A stretch of 64,000 nt of DNA from Octopus vulgaris (taxonomy: Eukaryota). Position 1 is the stretch's first letter. Each line of letters opens with the position of its first letter. Positions 26,030 to 40,119 of the stretch are shown here, piece after piece. The position numbers and the translations under genes are program-made. Below the pieces are notes generated by a model. The model did no database searches. It saw only the letters and a list, made by a program, of their open reading frames with translations, and was not told the DNA's origin. Location of the stretch: positions 211,668,001-211,732,000 of the forward strand of contig OX597814.1 in NCBI GenBank assembly GCA_951406725.2, written 5' to 3'.

Positions 26030-26850
26030 TATATATATGATACTTCCAGACTAGGTGTGTTATCACTGTATTTTCTGTCATTACTGGACCAGTTTTAACG
26101 TTAGGAAATTTGAAAAAGATACAAAGTATCGAAATCGAGTGATGCTACGTTTCTTTAAAGCTATTTAATGAAACAAAATACTAGTTGTGAATCTCGTTCA
26201 GCTGGCGGTTAGTGATGTGGCCAGCGTTAATCTAAGAACTTTCCTAAAATCATATCCAGCAACCAAGCTGTAAATATGTATTTTGTGTAGATATCTATGC
26301 GTCGAAAAATATAATTAAAACATATTAAAATTGTAACTGTATAATTCTATACTGTCTAATTATATACTATATTATCATAGCAATGGAGTTTAATTGGTTT
26401 GTTCCTCAATTTATGAATTAAAACTAGTGAGATTTGTCGTTGGATTTTATGGTTAAATTCAGGAGAAAAATGGCTCCTGGTTGTCTAAATTGAATTACAC
26501 AGTGTAGATAAAATGTTAAAAATAATCCGTACCAAAAAATCAGAGGAAAATGAAATGCATAACATACTATACTATGCGTTTTATTGCAACTGAGAAAAAT
26601 GATGAAAGCATAATCCATGATATACAGGGTGCGGCAAAGACACCTCCCATATTTTAAACTTTCACCTATGTGTTGCTAATAAACTTATACAAGTGACAAT
26701 GATATTTTCATTTAGGTAATGAACAAAAACTGTAACACTTTGTTTAAACAACAGAAAAATTAATTTTTCATATATGTTGTTTCTCTTTCCTTTTGTCAAC
26801 TTTTGAAATGTGGGAGGTAGTAATGGGGATAGCAACAAAATATTCATTGA

Positions 26851-27010
26851 AGGAGGAGTGGCTGTGTAGTAAGTAGCTCGCTAACCGGCCACATGGTTCC
26901 GGGTTCAGTCCCACTGCGTGGCATCTTGGGCAAGTGTCTTCTGCCATAGCCCCGTGCCGACCAATGCTTTGTGAGTGGATTTGGTAGACGGAAACTGAAA
27001 GAGGCCTGTC

Positions 27011-27072
<62 letters not shown>

Positions 27073-27292
27073 ATGTGTGTGTATATGTTTGTGTGTCTGT
27101 GTTTGTCCCCCTAGCATTGCTTGACAACAGATGCTGGTGTGTTTACGTCCCCGTCACTTTGCGGTTTGGCAAAAGGGACCGATAGAATAAGTACTGGGCT
27201 TACACCGAATAAGTCTCGGGGTCGATTTGCTCGACTAAAGGCGGTGCTCCAGCATGGCCGCAGTCAAATGTCTGAAACAAGTAAAAGAGTAA
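26851..27292 (+). mobile_element. SINE family A, full-length
   Basis: GGAGTGGCTGTGTAGTAAGTAGCTCGCTAACC...GGTTCAGTCCC head, internal (TA)n(TG)n, GTAAAAGAGT tail. Confidence 0.92.
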
Positions 27293-28362
27293 GAAGATTT
27301 AGTTTATTCGCTTATAAAAGAAAAAGATGCCTTTAGCTCATTCGAAAATATTTTAATTGTAATTCAGAGAAGTTAGATCCCATCAACTGAAAATCGAAGA
27401 TAGAGGACAACTAGGGGTGGGGCAGAGGATATTTGCTACTGAATTATGAAGAAATACCTTTAGGAAAAGGTTATATCAGGATATAGAACAATCGGAGAGA
27501 ACATTTTATGTAATAATTAATTTAAAAGAATGCTAACGACTAATTCGTCAAATTCTCTAGGTGAGCGAATAAATACAAAACATATTAAACCGGTTTCTAA
27601 CTTACATCCAAGACTCCTTCCTTGGAATTTCAACATTAATAAGTTCAAGCCTGGAAATATTTCCTCTATATTGCATTTATATGTCTTTTAAGATGCATCT
27701 TTATGAAGCCTAATGTTTATGAGTGGTTTCAACGAACAGGAATGCAATATTGTGCAACTTATCTGTATGACGCATACATCAGTGCACGATGAAGCAAATA
27801 TCATTCTGTCCACCTCTGCAACACCAGTATTGGCTAAGTTCTCTCGGCTGCGTTGTTACTGTAGCAGAAATAGTAGAATTACAGAAGCAGAACTAGAGTC
27901 TTAAACTTATTCTGTGCAGCCACCTACAAAAGACTCCAAATTCAAGACATACGTATCTTACAGCCACCAAATCCAGTGCATATCTCAAAGGAAAATTCAT
28001 CAAAGGGTGCTTCATACTCATTTACTTATGAAAGTGTATCTACCTCTACAATGAAACGAAGCTTTTAGTATAATTTACTGCAGAGCATCAATCCGAACTA
28101 TTTTATATTTATATATAGATCTACAATGCATCGCTATTCTCTCCCTTCAAACAACGAATGATATTAGCTGAGTGTTAATTTTTTCAAGTATGTCACAAGA
28201 CAATGAAACCGCTAGGAGTCCCATCGGCCAGCTATGGAATCGATAATAAATTCGTGTGAATGTATGTCCGTAAATTTACTTCGTTATTTTGCTCACTGCT
28301 CATGCTGAAGTATTAATGGCAGAGTACGCATAGGTCAAACTTTCCAGCAAATCTAAGTGGCA

Positions 28363-28431
28363 ATACATACATACATACATACATACATACATACATACAT
28401 ACATACATACATACATACATACATACATACA

Positions 28432-28465
<34 letters not shown>

Positions 28466-28804
28466 CATACATAGATACACACATACATACCTACAAAAAT
28501 ACCCTGTTGTTGATGTTGAAATTCCAAGGAAGGAGTCTTGGATCTAGGTTAGAAACCGGTTCTTTCTCTATCGGCAAGAAATCTTGAAATAACCTGAATA
28601 ATGTCATATATACATACGTACGTACATACATTCATATACACACACATGCATACATGCATTCATACATACATACATGCATACATACATACATACATACATA
28701 CATACGTACATACATGCATACATACATACATACGTACGTACATACACACACAAGCATACATACATACATACATACGTACGTATGTACGTACGTACATACA
28801 TACA

Positions 28805-28835
<31 letters not shown>
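28363..28835. repeat. (CATA)n microsatellites flanking a ~110-bp repeat unit
   Basis: ACAT arrays at 28363-28490 and 28605-28835. Confidence 0.9.
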
Positions 28836-28838
<3 letters not shown>

Positions 28839-29859
28839 GAGAATACCACTGTTATTGAATGCGTACACAAATAACAGCACCAGAAGTACCGGTGGAGCAT
28901 CCCCATGGAAACATCAGACAAGTGTAAACACAACAGACGATATATCCTTATTTGGGAGGGACAAGAAAAAGTATGTCCTTTCATAGAGTTCGGCTGGCTT
29001 GCTGATGTAAATAGCTCTTTGAAAATCAAGGAGAGAGAAGAAAATTTTGGACAACTACTCCGAAATCTCCAACTTCCCTATGCGGATTAAAAAATTTCCA
29101 TCTGTACCAATAATAATTAGATTACTTCGTTATGTAATTACGTGCCTATCTGTCAGTCACGATAAGCTTGGATTTTCAGAAAAAAGAAATCAACCACCTG
29201 ATTCGTATATAACAAACACGACTTGTAAGCGAAACGGTAAACTATACTAGACTTCTCTCTGGTTTAGAATGTGATATTGTTTTCCTTACCAACATTCGAA
29301 AGATGAAGAACTTAAAGGATTAAATACGGAAAAAAACACACGCACGCACATACACACACACACACACATACAGTCACACAGAAACACACACACACGCACA
29401 TACAGAAACATATACATATATATACACACATTTGTACATCTGTATGTATGTACGTATGTGTATGTTTGCCGTATGGTTTATTGAGCAAACGCAAGCAAAT
29501 ATTAGAAATCCATGTGTTCGGTTTCCTTTCAAAACTCCTTATTTTGGGAACGGATGCTTTATTATTCCATCTTTCATTCGGTCCTTCTATTCCAATATGT
29601 ATATGCAAACAAGTTCAAGTGTAAAATAAATGGGTAGAAAAAATATTTACGCTTATCGATTATATCTTACAGCTATATCATTATCAATAGCACCTGTTAT
29701 GTAAGGAATACCAGAAAAACAGAATAAATCTTTAATTCATCAGAAATTGTATAACGAACATAATTCGCACCTAAGTTATACATAGCGTTCGAGGAAAATT
29801 TGATGGTTTGCATAAAAGGAAAATAATGCAATATCCAAATAAAAACAAAAGTATTTTAT

Positions 29860-30190
29860 AAAATTAAAAATAAATATCAACTAGATTCTGACTTGTTTAT
29901 ACATCTATTTGGACGTGCAGAATCAGTCAGGCGACTGCTGTGTCCTTTCTTGCTGATCACGGCATAGTAACGTCCGCTGCATCTGTCCATGCCACACCTC
30001 ACTGCCTTTACAGTGTTCGCAACGCATTGAGCAGCAGTCATTGTGTTGGCAGTTTCATACACGGCGCAATTCATGAAGCCAACTTTATCTTAACCACATT
30101 TTCAATCTTTGTACTCTCCAACGCCGTTGTCTCTTCACCAATGCATCAAAGAGACATTTTTAAAAATCGTCAGATTTAGCGCGAACGCCC
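29860..30190 (-). pseudogene. Tc1/mariner-superfamily transposase N-terminal relic
   Basis: AQCVANTVKAVRCGMDRCSGRYYAVISKKGHSSR..SARP resembles an HTH plus linker of this superfamily. Confidence 0.4.
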
Positions 30191-30523
30191 AGTATAATGG
30201 ACATTTGTCAGTGACAAGGCATCAACAAAAATGGTTGTCTTGTTAAAATGGGAAAGGGAGTTTACATAATGAAGTTATGAGGGTAGAGAATGTTTTCTTG
30301 TAGAAGAGAAAAAGAGTTCCTTCAGGTCCACGTTATGACTGTGCTACTGTGTAGAATCAATTCTACATATTAGATATCAGATTTCTTAGCAAATAATGTC
30401 TAGTTCACAGCTAGCTGAAAATTATCACTTATTTCAAGATACCCCTAGTATATACATATCAACGTAAATAAATATCTTATTAATATAAGCATACCTACAT
30501 ATCAATACATCACTCTATGTCTG

Positions 30524-30560
<37 letters not shown>

Positions 30561-31164
30561 ATCTATCTATCTATCTATATATCTATCTATCTATCTATCT
30601 ATCTTTCTATCTGTCTATCTATCTATTTGTTTGTGTGGAACCTCATACATACATACAGGTACACGGGTTCACTTTTCTGACCACCTCGCGTTGCCTATTG
30701 TATAGTTCTCGCTCTCATGACTATGCTCAGTAAAACAACTCATAACATCACCCTTCAGGCAACCTTCCTCACTTCTTTCTTGCCTGAAATCACCCTTACA
30801 TTTCAAATAATTAGGAAGCAAATTAGCCGTTTTTACCGTCATGTTTTTACCGTTGCGTACCAGCGATGACTATAGACAGATCTCCGTCCTGTTAATCAGA
30901 ACTATAAAGTAACATATCTGTATCCTGGCGAATTATAAGAGTTATATGACACTTCGTGTACTTAATGCCACAATGTGTAATAACTATAATAACTACACTA
31001 TAAAAGGAAATACCAACCGGAACAGCTTTTTTCCCACTCCGTGAATAGAATTATGCGGAATTTTCAAAATGTAATAACTGGGAGGTAATCTCCTCATATA
31101 TTTACCGAGAAAATAATTACAAGATATAAGAGGAAAATTACCCCTCTCTCAATGTTATATGATA

Positions 31165-31562
31165 CTAGCAGTGTCGCCCGGCGTTGCTCGGGTTTGTAAG
31201 GGAAATAACTATATAAGCATTTTTAGAGATGTAAAGTATAATAGCCATCTCAATATGGCTAACCAAAAAGGGGGTGGGTGTTACTGTAGCTTTTTACGTT
31301 CTGAGATTTAATAAAAATTGTTTAAAGAGTTACTTCCCTTATATATGCCAAAAATGCATTAAAAATGGGGAAAATGATTGGTAATTTTTTTTTTAAATCG
31401 TAGACTCATCGTAGACGCGCGCTAATACCCAGAAGGGCTCGATATGAATCACGACTATAAGATACCCGGTTTTGGTTAAACTGCACCGCAAAATGTTGGA
31501 GTAATTAGGAATCTAAATCGTAGGAGACAGACAGCACCCAACCTCTCTTTTATATATAAAGG
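31165..31562 (-). mobile_element. Non-autonomous Helitron
   Basis: Minus strand begins CTTTATATATAAAAGAG and ends with the hairpin CCCGAGCAACGCCGGG followed by CTAG|T. Confidence 0.75.
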
Positions 31563-32096
31563 TGAATGAACTTACTCATTCTAAAGATGCGATATGGCTC
31601 TGCATTACGTGAAAGTAATGCAGAATTTGATTAATATTTAATTCTATGCGTATCATATAATGTGATCAAATGATGAGCTTAAAATGGGCACGACTATGAA
31701 AGCCACCGTAATAATTGCCACTCAACAGTTGAGGGGGAAGGTAATATTCATCATCACGCCGAGTTTCGTTCATTTTTACACCCTTTAATTGGACGTTAAA
31801 ATTGTGTTATACAAGCTAGTACTTCGTTAACATCTATAAATGTATTCATATAAACTAAAGTGATGTACATGTTTCTATGGGAAATGATACTTGATAAGTA
31901 TGTTTATGATGTATTAGTACTAGTATTATATTGTGAAGAGTTTATAAAACACAATTTTTTCCCTATATATATATAAGCTTCTGACTTTTAGTGAATTGAT
32001 GTGTTTATCTTCTCATCAACGTTCCTGCAAAAGCAATAATCAATGTGCAATCTTTAATAGGCGTTAGTTCTGAAATGAGCCTTAATATGCCAAGAA

Positions 32097-32112
32097 AATA
32101 ATAACAATAATA

Positions 32113-32209
<97 letters not shown>

Positions 32210-32232
32210 TAATAATAATAATAATAATAATG

Positions 32233-32292
<60 letters not shown>

Positions 32293-32313
32293 GTAATAAT
32301 AATAATAATAATA
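32097..32313. repeat. (AAT)n microsatellite
   Basis: About 70 trinucleotide units. Confidence 0.97.
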
Positions 32314-33482
32314 AAGAATTGGCATGTATTAGGTTTTTCATTGAACAGGACGTAGGTAAAGGGTTAATGTCTTTTTGAAGTAAATGCAAACATTTATTGA
32401 AGTTGGTGGGAGCAATGGCAGAATTTTTTTTTTTTATATATCATGAACTCTGACCATTACGAAGATATAAACTACAACTTTAGAAGAAAAAAAATCGGAA
32501 AAAAAAAAAAGAAAATTAGCATACATGTATTGGTGATTTGTAAGAAACGTTTTCTAACGTCGTGATTTTCTGAGATTAAATGGATACTATTTTCAGTTTG
32601 ATTTCACCTGTTTTTAACACCTTCCTATTTTACATTTATTTTTCGAAGTAGACAAACATAGCCTCTAACTGTTTGACTTCACGCATACTTATTGGTGATT
32701 GATTAAATCTTGTAAGTATTTCACTGAGTACTTATATTAAGGTCAAACGAAAGTCAAGGTAGATTTAAATCTTGAAACTGTCAGGAAAAAAACCGATTCC
32801 GCATTTTATTGTTTTTATTTTTATTTTGCTGATATACTTGGCTTTTATATATTATAACTTTTAGATTAAACTCTCCATCTACTTGATAATAATCAAACTA
32901 CAAACCATTACTTTCTTATCTTCCATTATATTTTCAGGAACTGAAGAATATTCCTTGGCTTAAGGAAACTCACCAACATTAAATACTTTTTTAGTTTCCT
33001 TTCTGTTTTTTGTAGTACATTCTGAGGAAAGTTTTAGAATTTCATTGTTTAAATTCTTCTAACCGAATAGCTTTATATTTCAGAGTAAGGGTTACGCTTT
33101 AATAACTGATATTGTCTGATAATTTCGTTGTTAGCAGATGTCTTATTAGTTCACAATTTTCTGTAATCTTATTGCTAATGTATTACTTGCTAATCACATT
33201 TGGCTTATACTCTAAATATAAAACTCATTACTGTATGTGTGTGAGTCTGTGTGTGTGGGTGTCTGTTTGTGTATGTGTGCCTATCCTGTATGTGTTTGTC
33301 TCTGTGAGTGTATATATATATATATGTTCCGTGATGGTACGATCAACGAAAAAGTAATGCCTGGTGAGAGTTAATTATTGGTTAATGAATACAATATATA
33401 TACTTTTATGGTTTTATGAGGTTTTTGTAGTTTCATGCAGTGATGACTTTCTAACACGTGCTGTATGTGATGTTTACATAAA

Positions 33483-33682
33483 AAAAGACCCCCTTCGGTC
33501 ATGAATGACCATGGGATTGCACCTAGAAAGTTACCCTCCTAGACACAAGTCCGGGCAAGGTTGTTTATGGAAGACCATTAGTCGCCCATGCATACCAGCC
33601 TCCCCTCTCCACACCACCAGTGTTATCCAATGGAAAGACAAAGGTCGATACAGCTTGGCACCAGTGACGTCGCAACTCATTT
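33483..33682 (-). mobile_element. tRNA-SINE family C, 3' part
   Basis: Reverse complement of AAATGAGTTGCGACGTCACT.GTGCCAAGCTG...CCCATGGTCATTCATGACC, shared with 38803-39070. Confidence 0.8.
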
Positions 33683-33964
33683 GATGTTTATATATATATA
33701 TATATATATACGTAAGGTATTTATATAAGCTCAAAGCCTATTGTGGTCACCGTGCAATGACTAAGGAATATAGCGTGATAAAGGGGCCTATAAGCCCTTG
33801 ACAGACAAAAGAAGGTTCTCTTATCCACGTGAGACATGCACTCACAGCCCTTTGTTAACGCGACTAAGTGTCTTACCTTTACACCAGTGAATTAGTCTCC
33901 CTGTTTTTTTTTCACATTTAAGAACTGTATTGGTTCGCATCTGTTTTATATAAACAAACTTTCT

Positions 33965-34324
33965 ATACGCGTTCGGTGCGAATTGTTTCGTTATATGGTG
34001 TCGTGTTTTATAATCCTGTAAAAAATAATAAAGATATTTCTATAAGATTAAAGGTTATAATGATCACCGTGCAATGACTAAGGAAAATAGACTAATAAAG
34101 GGGCATATAAGCCCTGACAGAAAAAAGAAAGCTTTTCTATCTGCATAGGATAGGAAATTGTTTTCCCAGTCGAGGGCTCATATGCCCCTTTATTAGACTA
34201 TTTTCCTCAGTCTTTGCACGCTGATCGTCATAAGATTTAATCTTATATAATTACCATTATCATTATTTACATGATAGTAAAACACGACACCGTATAACAA
34301 TAGCATTCTCACCGTAAGAATATA
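33965..34324. mobile_element. Foldback/MITE-like palindrome, with a partial direct copy of the left arm at ~33720-33830
   Basis: GATCACCGTGCAATGACTAAGGAAAATAGACTAATAAAGGGGCATAT is inverted by ATATGCCCCTTTATTAGACTATTTTCCTCAGTCTTTGCACGCTGATC; centre about 34144. Confidence 0.8.
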
Positions 34325-34353
34325 TATCATATATATATATATATATATATATA

Positions 34354-35469
34354 CTAGCTGGTGTATCCAATAAATCCCGGGGGGTAAAGATGTTATTTTG
34401 AAACGCCTTATTACTCTGATATAAGAAAACAATTTCGTTATAACTACCTCAAAAGTACAAAAAACTGTCAGCTGGAGGAGGGAGAGACGGCTGGGGGCTG
34501 GCGAGAGATGTTTTCAGAGGTTGGCGAGAAAGATTGTTGGGGGCTGGTGAGAGATGTAGGTTAGCGAGAAGCAAATTCATTATTCTGCTTAGCGAAAGCA
34601 TCTGCGGAAAGTACAACTGCTGACATTCACAGGAAAAGCGCTGTTGAAGTGTTAAGCAAAATTTCGCAATCGAGGACCGAATCCACGCTGTGCCTGCATG
34701 AATCCACTACAAATGCTTACAAAATACAAAATTTAGTGACTGTCATAGAAAAAGTGTAACTGTGAAAACGCAGAATTATCGGAGTTATGGGCATTCAAAA
34801 AAGTATGTATGTATAGAAATGTATGAATGAAGTATTCAATGTTTAAGATTCAAATTAAGGAAGTGCAATAATAATGTTTAGCAATTCAAAACTGTGAGTA
34901 GTGAAATGCAGAATTAGGTTGGCTGATCATGAAAATCAAATATTGAACACTTCGCTAATGTCTGCTGATGGTATACGCTATTTCTCTTGGGTTGTTTAAA
35001 TAAAATATTAGTAATTTGTAGTTGCTAGAAGGTCTATTGGAAGGGCCCTATTATCGATTTTTTCATTAGGTTTCCAGTCATGAGTTCTACTCACGTGTCA
35101 AATAAAGTATAAAAGTGATATTGTCTGCAAAATTTAGAAAGAGGACACATTAAAAATAAATATTCAAAGTAATCGAACATAAACAATGGAATGGGTTATT
35201 TCTCTACAATGTTAAAAAAAATATTGTACAGATGCTATGGATTATTTTGCCTTGGATGTTGTAAAAAAATTACTTATATGAGTTAGATATAACGGTCCAT
35301 TCCAGGGGAGATATTAAAGATTTTTTCAACAATCTAAGTATGTCACGTGGTTTCCACACATGGATTCTACCCACGTGTCAAGTTTCATGAAACTCAATAA
35401 AACGATGTAGGAGGAGTTAACTAACAACGCCACAAACAAACACACACCAATTTCAATATATGTAGTAGA
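34354..35469 (-). mobile_element. Non-autonomous Helitron-like element
   Basis: Minus strand starts A|TCTACTACATATATTG..GTGTGTGTTTGTTTG and ends CTAG|T; contains internal short GGCGAGAGA repeats. Confidence 0.6.
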
Positions 35470-35502
35470 TAATGGAATAATTATTATGGATCATTGTGTA
35501 GA

Positions 35503-35825
35503 ATATATTGTATAAAATATCGTGGGTAAGGCCAAAACAATGCGAAATAAATGCAAGGTAAATCACAAGAAAACAAATATGTGAATTAACGTACAGTTAC
35601 CTTTTATTCAATATTTGTGGCTATGAACAATTTTCAACAAATTGACGAATGTTGCCGAAGTGCACATGCACATTCAGCAACATTCGTTAATTTCTTGACA
35701 ATGAGGTCATAACCCCGAAATATTGAATACAAGATAAGTGTTCATTAATTCACATATTTGTTTCCTTGTGATTTACCTTCCATTTACTTTGCATTGTTTT
35801 GGCATTTCCTACGATCATTTAAACA

Positions 35826-35831
<6 letters not shown>
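35503..35831. mobile_element. Foldback/MITE-like palindrome (~330 bp)
   Basis: AAGGTAAATCACAAGAAAACAAATATGTGAATTAA is inverted by TTAATTCACATATTTGTTTCCTTGTGATTTACCTT; centre GTGCACATGCAC at 35660-35671. Confidence 0.85.
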
Positions 35832-35875
<44 letters not shown>

Positions 35876-37286
35876 CAATAATTAAGGGTTTAGCAACAAG
35901 TTGCTTGACCGCATACCGAACATTTTAGAAATAGCAGCCAAAAGACTGCTATTTCTTTTTTTCTACAAAAATATGTATCCACAGATAACAATATTTGTAA
36001 CTCACAATGAAATCAACCAGTCTCATACACACAAAAACACATATACGCATCCACCCATAGCTATGCATAGAAGTTAGTGAGTTAGCCTGAACTTTGCCGC
36101 TTCAGATAATATTCCGCTGTGGGTTGGTTTTTATGTGTACCAATGTTAACAAAGTTAACTCGTTTCTCATTTTAGCAAAAGGCTGGCCTTTTTTTTTTTT
36201 TAGTGTGTGATTAATTAGTTTCACTACATCGACCGCAGTTGTTAATCAGTGCTTATTTCTATCGATCCTGAAAGGAGGTATGGTAAAGTCCACCCCAGCA
36301 ACGTGTTAGGATTAGCCGGTTAAAACCTTCCACATAATAATTGACTTAATAAACGATTGTAGCTATATATGAAACTCAAGCTAGATTACTCCCGTTTTTA
36401 GCCCTCTCTATTTCGAGCTTACTTTGAACTTTATAATTATCATAAATTTTATTAATAGTAATTTTCATTTAAATAATTTAACATTATGCTATCTTCAGAT
36501 TATACGATTTGCAGAATCGATAGAACATCGGAATAAATATTATGTTGTATTAAGTAATCTTATTTTCATTCTCATTTTATTTCACGCCGACGGGCAATTT
36601 GATTTTCATCAGGCATTGGTTTGATAAAGTATTCGTAAGCCGCTAAATCTGCTGTTGTGTGCCAATGCTCTCTTTCGATAATTACAGGTAGCTATTTCAA
36701 AATGCTAGAAAAATAAAGCAATTTGAACGTAGCTTTCGTAAGAAGAAAAATAAGGAAACGCTGAGGGCAGATTTGAAATTGCGAAACTCGATGCAACTCC
36801 TCAGCACCTCATCCGCTCGAAAGTGTCTTGCATAAAGACACAAGAAGTTAACCTGTATCACATTTAACCATAACTTCTCAGCATGAATTTAGAGCTTTCT
36901 ATTATATTGATATTGATGTTATATCTATCGACGCCTTGTAATCTCATGTAGCCTCTATTTCCATACAAGTAAAAGAAACAGCTAGACATTGATTTTCAGT
37001 TCTTCTAACAGTATAATTTATGGTAAATGATTTCCATTGATTTTTTTTTAAATGATTGGATGATAATGAGTACAACAAAATTGAAATTTAATACTAATGG
37101 AAGTTATCTCACCACATTAGACGTATCTACAGAATAAATTAATACAACCATCTTCAGACTACTAATTGTGAACCATATCTCAGTGAAATGAACAATTATA
37201 TAAACAGAAAACAAGATAGACTAGTTTGACTGTTATCGAACTGAATTTGACTGAATAAGAACTAGCAATACTTATTCAGACGTAAT

Positions 37287-37741
37287 ATTGGTTTCAAATT
37301 TTGGCACAATGCCTGCAGTTGCGGGAGAGAAGTAAGTTAATTACATTGACTCCATTGTTTAACTGGTACTTCATTTATCGTCCTCGAAAGGAAGAACGTC
37401 GAAGTCGGCCTTGGCGGAATATGAACATAGTATGATGGACGAAATGCCGTTGAGCATTTTACCTGGTGTGTGACCGATTCTGCCAGCTCGTCGCCTTAAA
37501 CTATATATTAAGTCTTAATATGGCGGCGAGCTGGCGGAATCGTAAGCACAGCAGGACATGATACTTAGTGGCATTTCATCCGTCTTCACGTTGTAAGTTC
37601 AAACACCACAGAGTACGACTTTGTCTGTCATCCTTTCGAGATAGATAAAATAATTACCAGCGGAACAGTGGGGTCGATGTAATCGACTAACCCCTTTACC
37701 CCCGAAAATGCTTGTTTCGTGCCAAATTTTAGAACCAATAT
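37287..37741. mobile_element. Head-to-head pair of SINE family B copies (37287-37497 minus, 37521-37741 plus)
   Basis: CTGCCAGCTCGTCGCC, a ~23-bp spacer, then GGCGGCGAGCTGGCGG; outer ends TATTGGTTTCAAATTTTGGCAC and GTGCCAAATTTTAGAACCAATA. Confidence 0.8.
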
Positions 37742-38573
37742 TAATATACATTCGGCATATTTCTAAGAAAAACCTGTTTTAATCGAATTTACATTTGAAT
37801 CAAATTTTAATCAAATTTACTTTTGAATTCTACTGAAGGAATTGTGCGTTTCCTTTTGATATCAACAAAGAAACCTTTCATTTCTAGATAATTCAGATAT
37901 GGATTTCAATATGACAAGTCAACTAACCTAGTAAACAGTAAAATGTGGAATAGATAATCGAAGAATGTATGTGTTGCATAAACACTTATTTTAACTTTAC
38001 TTGCGGTTCCAGAGTAATGTGGTTTACTACACGGTTTCATTGTAAACCTAGATGCAGTACAAAATCTGATAGTTGTCTTCGAGTAGGATCTTCGTCAACT
38101 TCTACACAAACGAAAGGCCTTCGATTCTTATATGTAAAGACACGGATACACGCAACATGAGATAATTAACAGTTGATATTCTACAGGTTAGTTTACAGCT
38201 TTATAACAAGGAAACACTCTTTTAATAATATAGACTACACTTGAAAATATAGATTGACTATACTTGATAATATAGTTTGAATAAATATGCTCTCAATGTT
38301 CTTCTTCATAGACCTGTGTGAAACAGGCAATTATTGCACATTTATATGCTGTCCTGCAAACTCCTCTAATTTCATAAATTTTACAACGTAAACAATCTCT
38401 CACTCAGTACCACGACATGTCTGTATGTAATATGTACGACATATGACATTTTGCTGCTAGAATACGTTAATATATTCAGGATATTCTCCATACAAAAGAT
38501 CATGCACATGCACAAGGAAATGCACCTGCACAAGGAAATGAACTCACAGTTTTGTTTGTTTGTTTGTGCGTGA

Positions 38574-38607
<34 letters not shown>

Positions 38608-38802
38608 ATAATCATGTGCACCTTTTCATTAAGACGTCTAATTAGACATTTTGTTCTCTTGATGTTTTAATACATGACCTTAATAATTCTGTATGTATAT
38701 GTAAATTTAATAGCGAAATAGCTATACTCAAACTTACTAGTCGAGGATTAACTCGAGATTTCGTCTACACGCTAGGATTTTTTGTTATATTACATTGACA
38801 CC

Positions 38803-39070
38803 AGGAAGTTGCATGGCTCAGTGGTTAGAGCGTCAGATTCACAATCATGAGGTAGTGAGTTCGATTCCGGGACAGGGATGTATGTTAATTTCTTGAGTAA
38901 GACACTTTATTTCAACTTGCTCCAGTTCACTCCGCTGTAGAAATGAGTTGCGACGTCACTAGTGCCAAGCTGCATCGGCATTTGCCTTTCCCTTGAATAA
39001 CATTGTTAGCCTCGTGGTTGTGGGGGACATTCTAGTTGCAAACCCATGGTCATTCATGACCAACTGGAGT
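38803..39070 (+). mobile_element. tRNA-SINE family C
   Basis: A box TGGCTCAGTGG, B box GAGTTCGATTCC, body shared with the copy at 33483. Confidence 0.8.
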
Positions 39071-39741
39071 CATTACACTTGTACATTGATACACAGCAAC
39101 CCAACAAGGGTATCTTACCCAGAAATTTTGGAAGTATCGCCATATACATTTTCTATAGTTCTTTCGGTTGAGTAATCCATAGCGACTATTTCAACGTCAC
39201 CTAATGCTGTCAACTACAATGCATACGGTGTCAAGCTACGAACTGGCAAAAATTCTGCTCATAGTACTAAACTTTAACGAATCTCGATATTGCTAACAGA
39301 GCTTTACATAGCAATGTTGTTGAATTATTGACTTACGTTACTATAGAGTATAATTATGGAAAGAAAAGAACAAAATATTACGAATGGAATATTATGATGT
39401 CCATGCTTTTCAAAGTGAGATTAGTTAAGGGAATTAAAGTGAATTCGCTTCAGTGGACGACTATAAACCTATCGTAACATACTCCAGAAATTCCGAAGTA
39501 TTATTACCAGTACACCCCCGACGCAAAACTAATATCCATAATGATTTCATTTGTACAGCTATAGAATTATTGTTGAAGGGGTTTGATATCGACAATCCGA
39601 TAAACATTATTTCTCATCCCAATTATTCTAGAAACAATGTTGCATCTCATGGGATTTGAACTGGAATTGTCTTGGCTAAAATGTCTTAGTACAATATTGC
39701 TCACTTTTTCCATATATTACGCATGTTACGTTATTCAATAA

Positions 39742-39950
39742 TGCCTCCTACTAAAGGTACAAGGCCTGAAATTTGTTGGGAGGGGTTTAATCGATAATAT
39801 CGACCCCAGTGTTTCACTCATACTCAATTTACTGACCTGTAAAGTATGAAAGGCAAAGTTGACCCCGGAGTTATTCAAGCTCAGAACGTTAAGACGAAAT
39901 ATCGCTGAACATTTCGCCCGGCTTGCTAACTATTCTGCCAGCACACCGCC
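39742..39950 (-). mobile_element. SINE family B
   Basis: ATCGACCCCAGTG...TGAAAGGCAAAGTTGACC...CATTTCGCCCGGC..GCTAAC..TTCTGCCAGC. Confidence 0.75.
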
Positions 39951-40001
39951 ATATTTATCTTGTGTAATAAAATAACTACCATTTATACAAGCAGTCTAAA
40001 G

Positions 40002-40074
<73 letters not shown>

Positions 40075-40119
40075 GAAGGTGCTTGTGTGAGTGTGCGTGG
40101 GGGGGGTGTACACACACTC

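Noticed and set aside
26623-26830. TACAGGGTG start and an inverted ACCTCCCA.ATTT/AAATGTGGGAGGT, suggesting a Tc1 MITE
   Set aside because: The right terminus is incomplete and the match is short.
38803-38875. tRNA-like sequences (also at 2363, 21565, 26851 and 62445)
   Set aside because: They lack a proper acceptor stem and run into SINE bodies, so they are SINE heads rather than functional tRNA genes.
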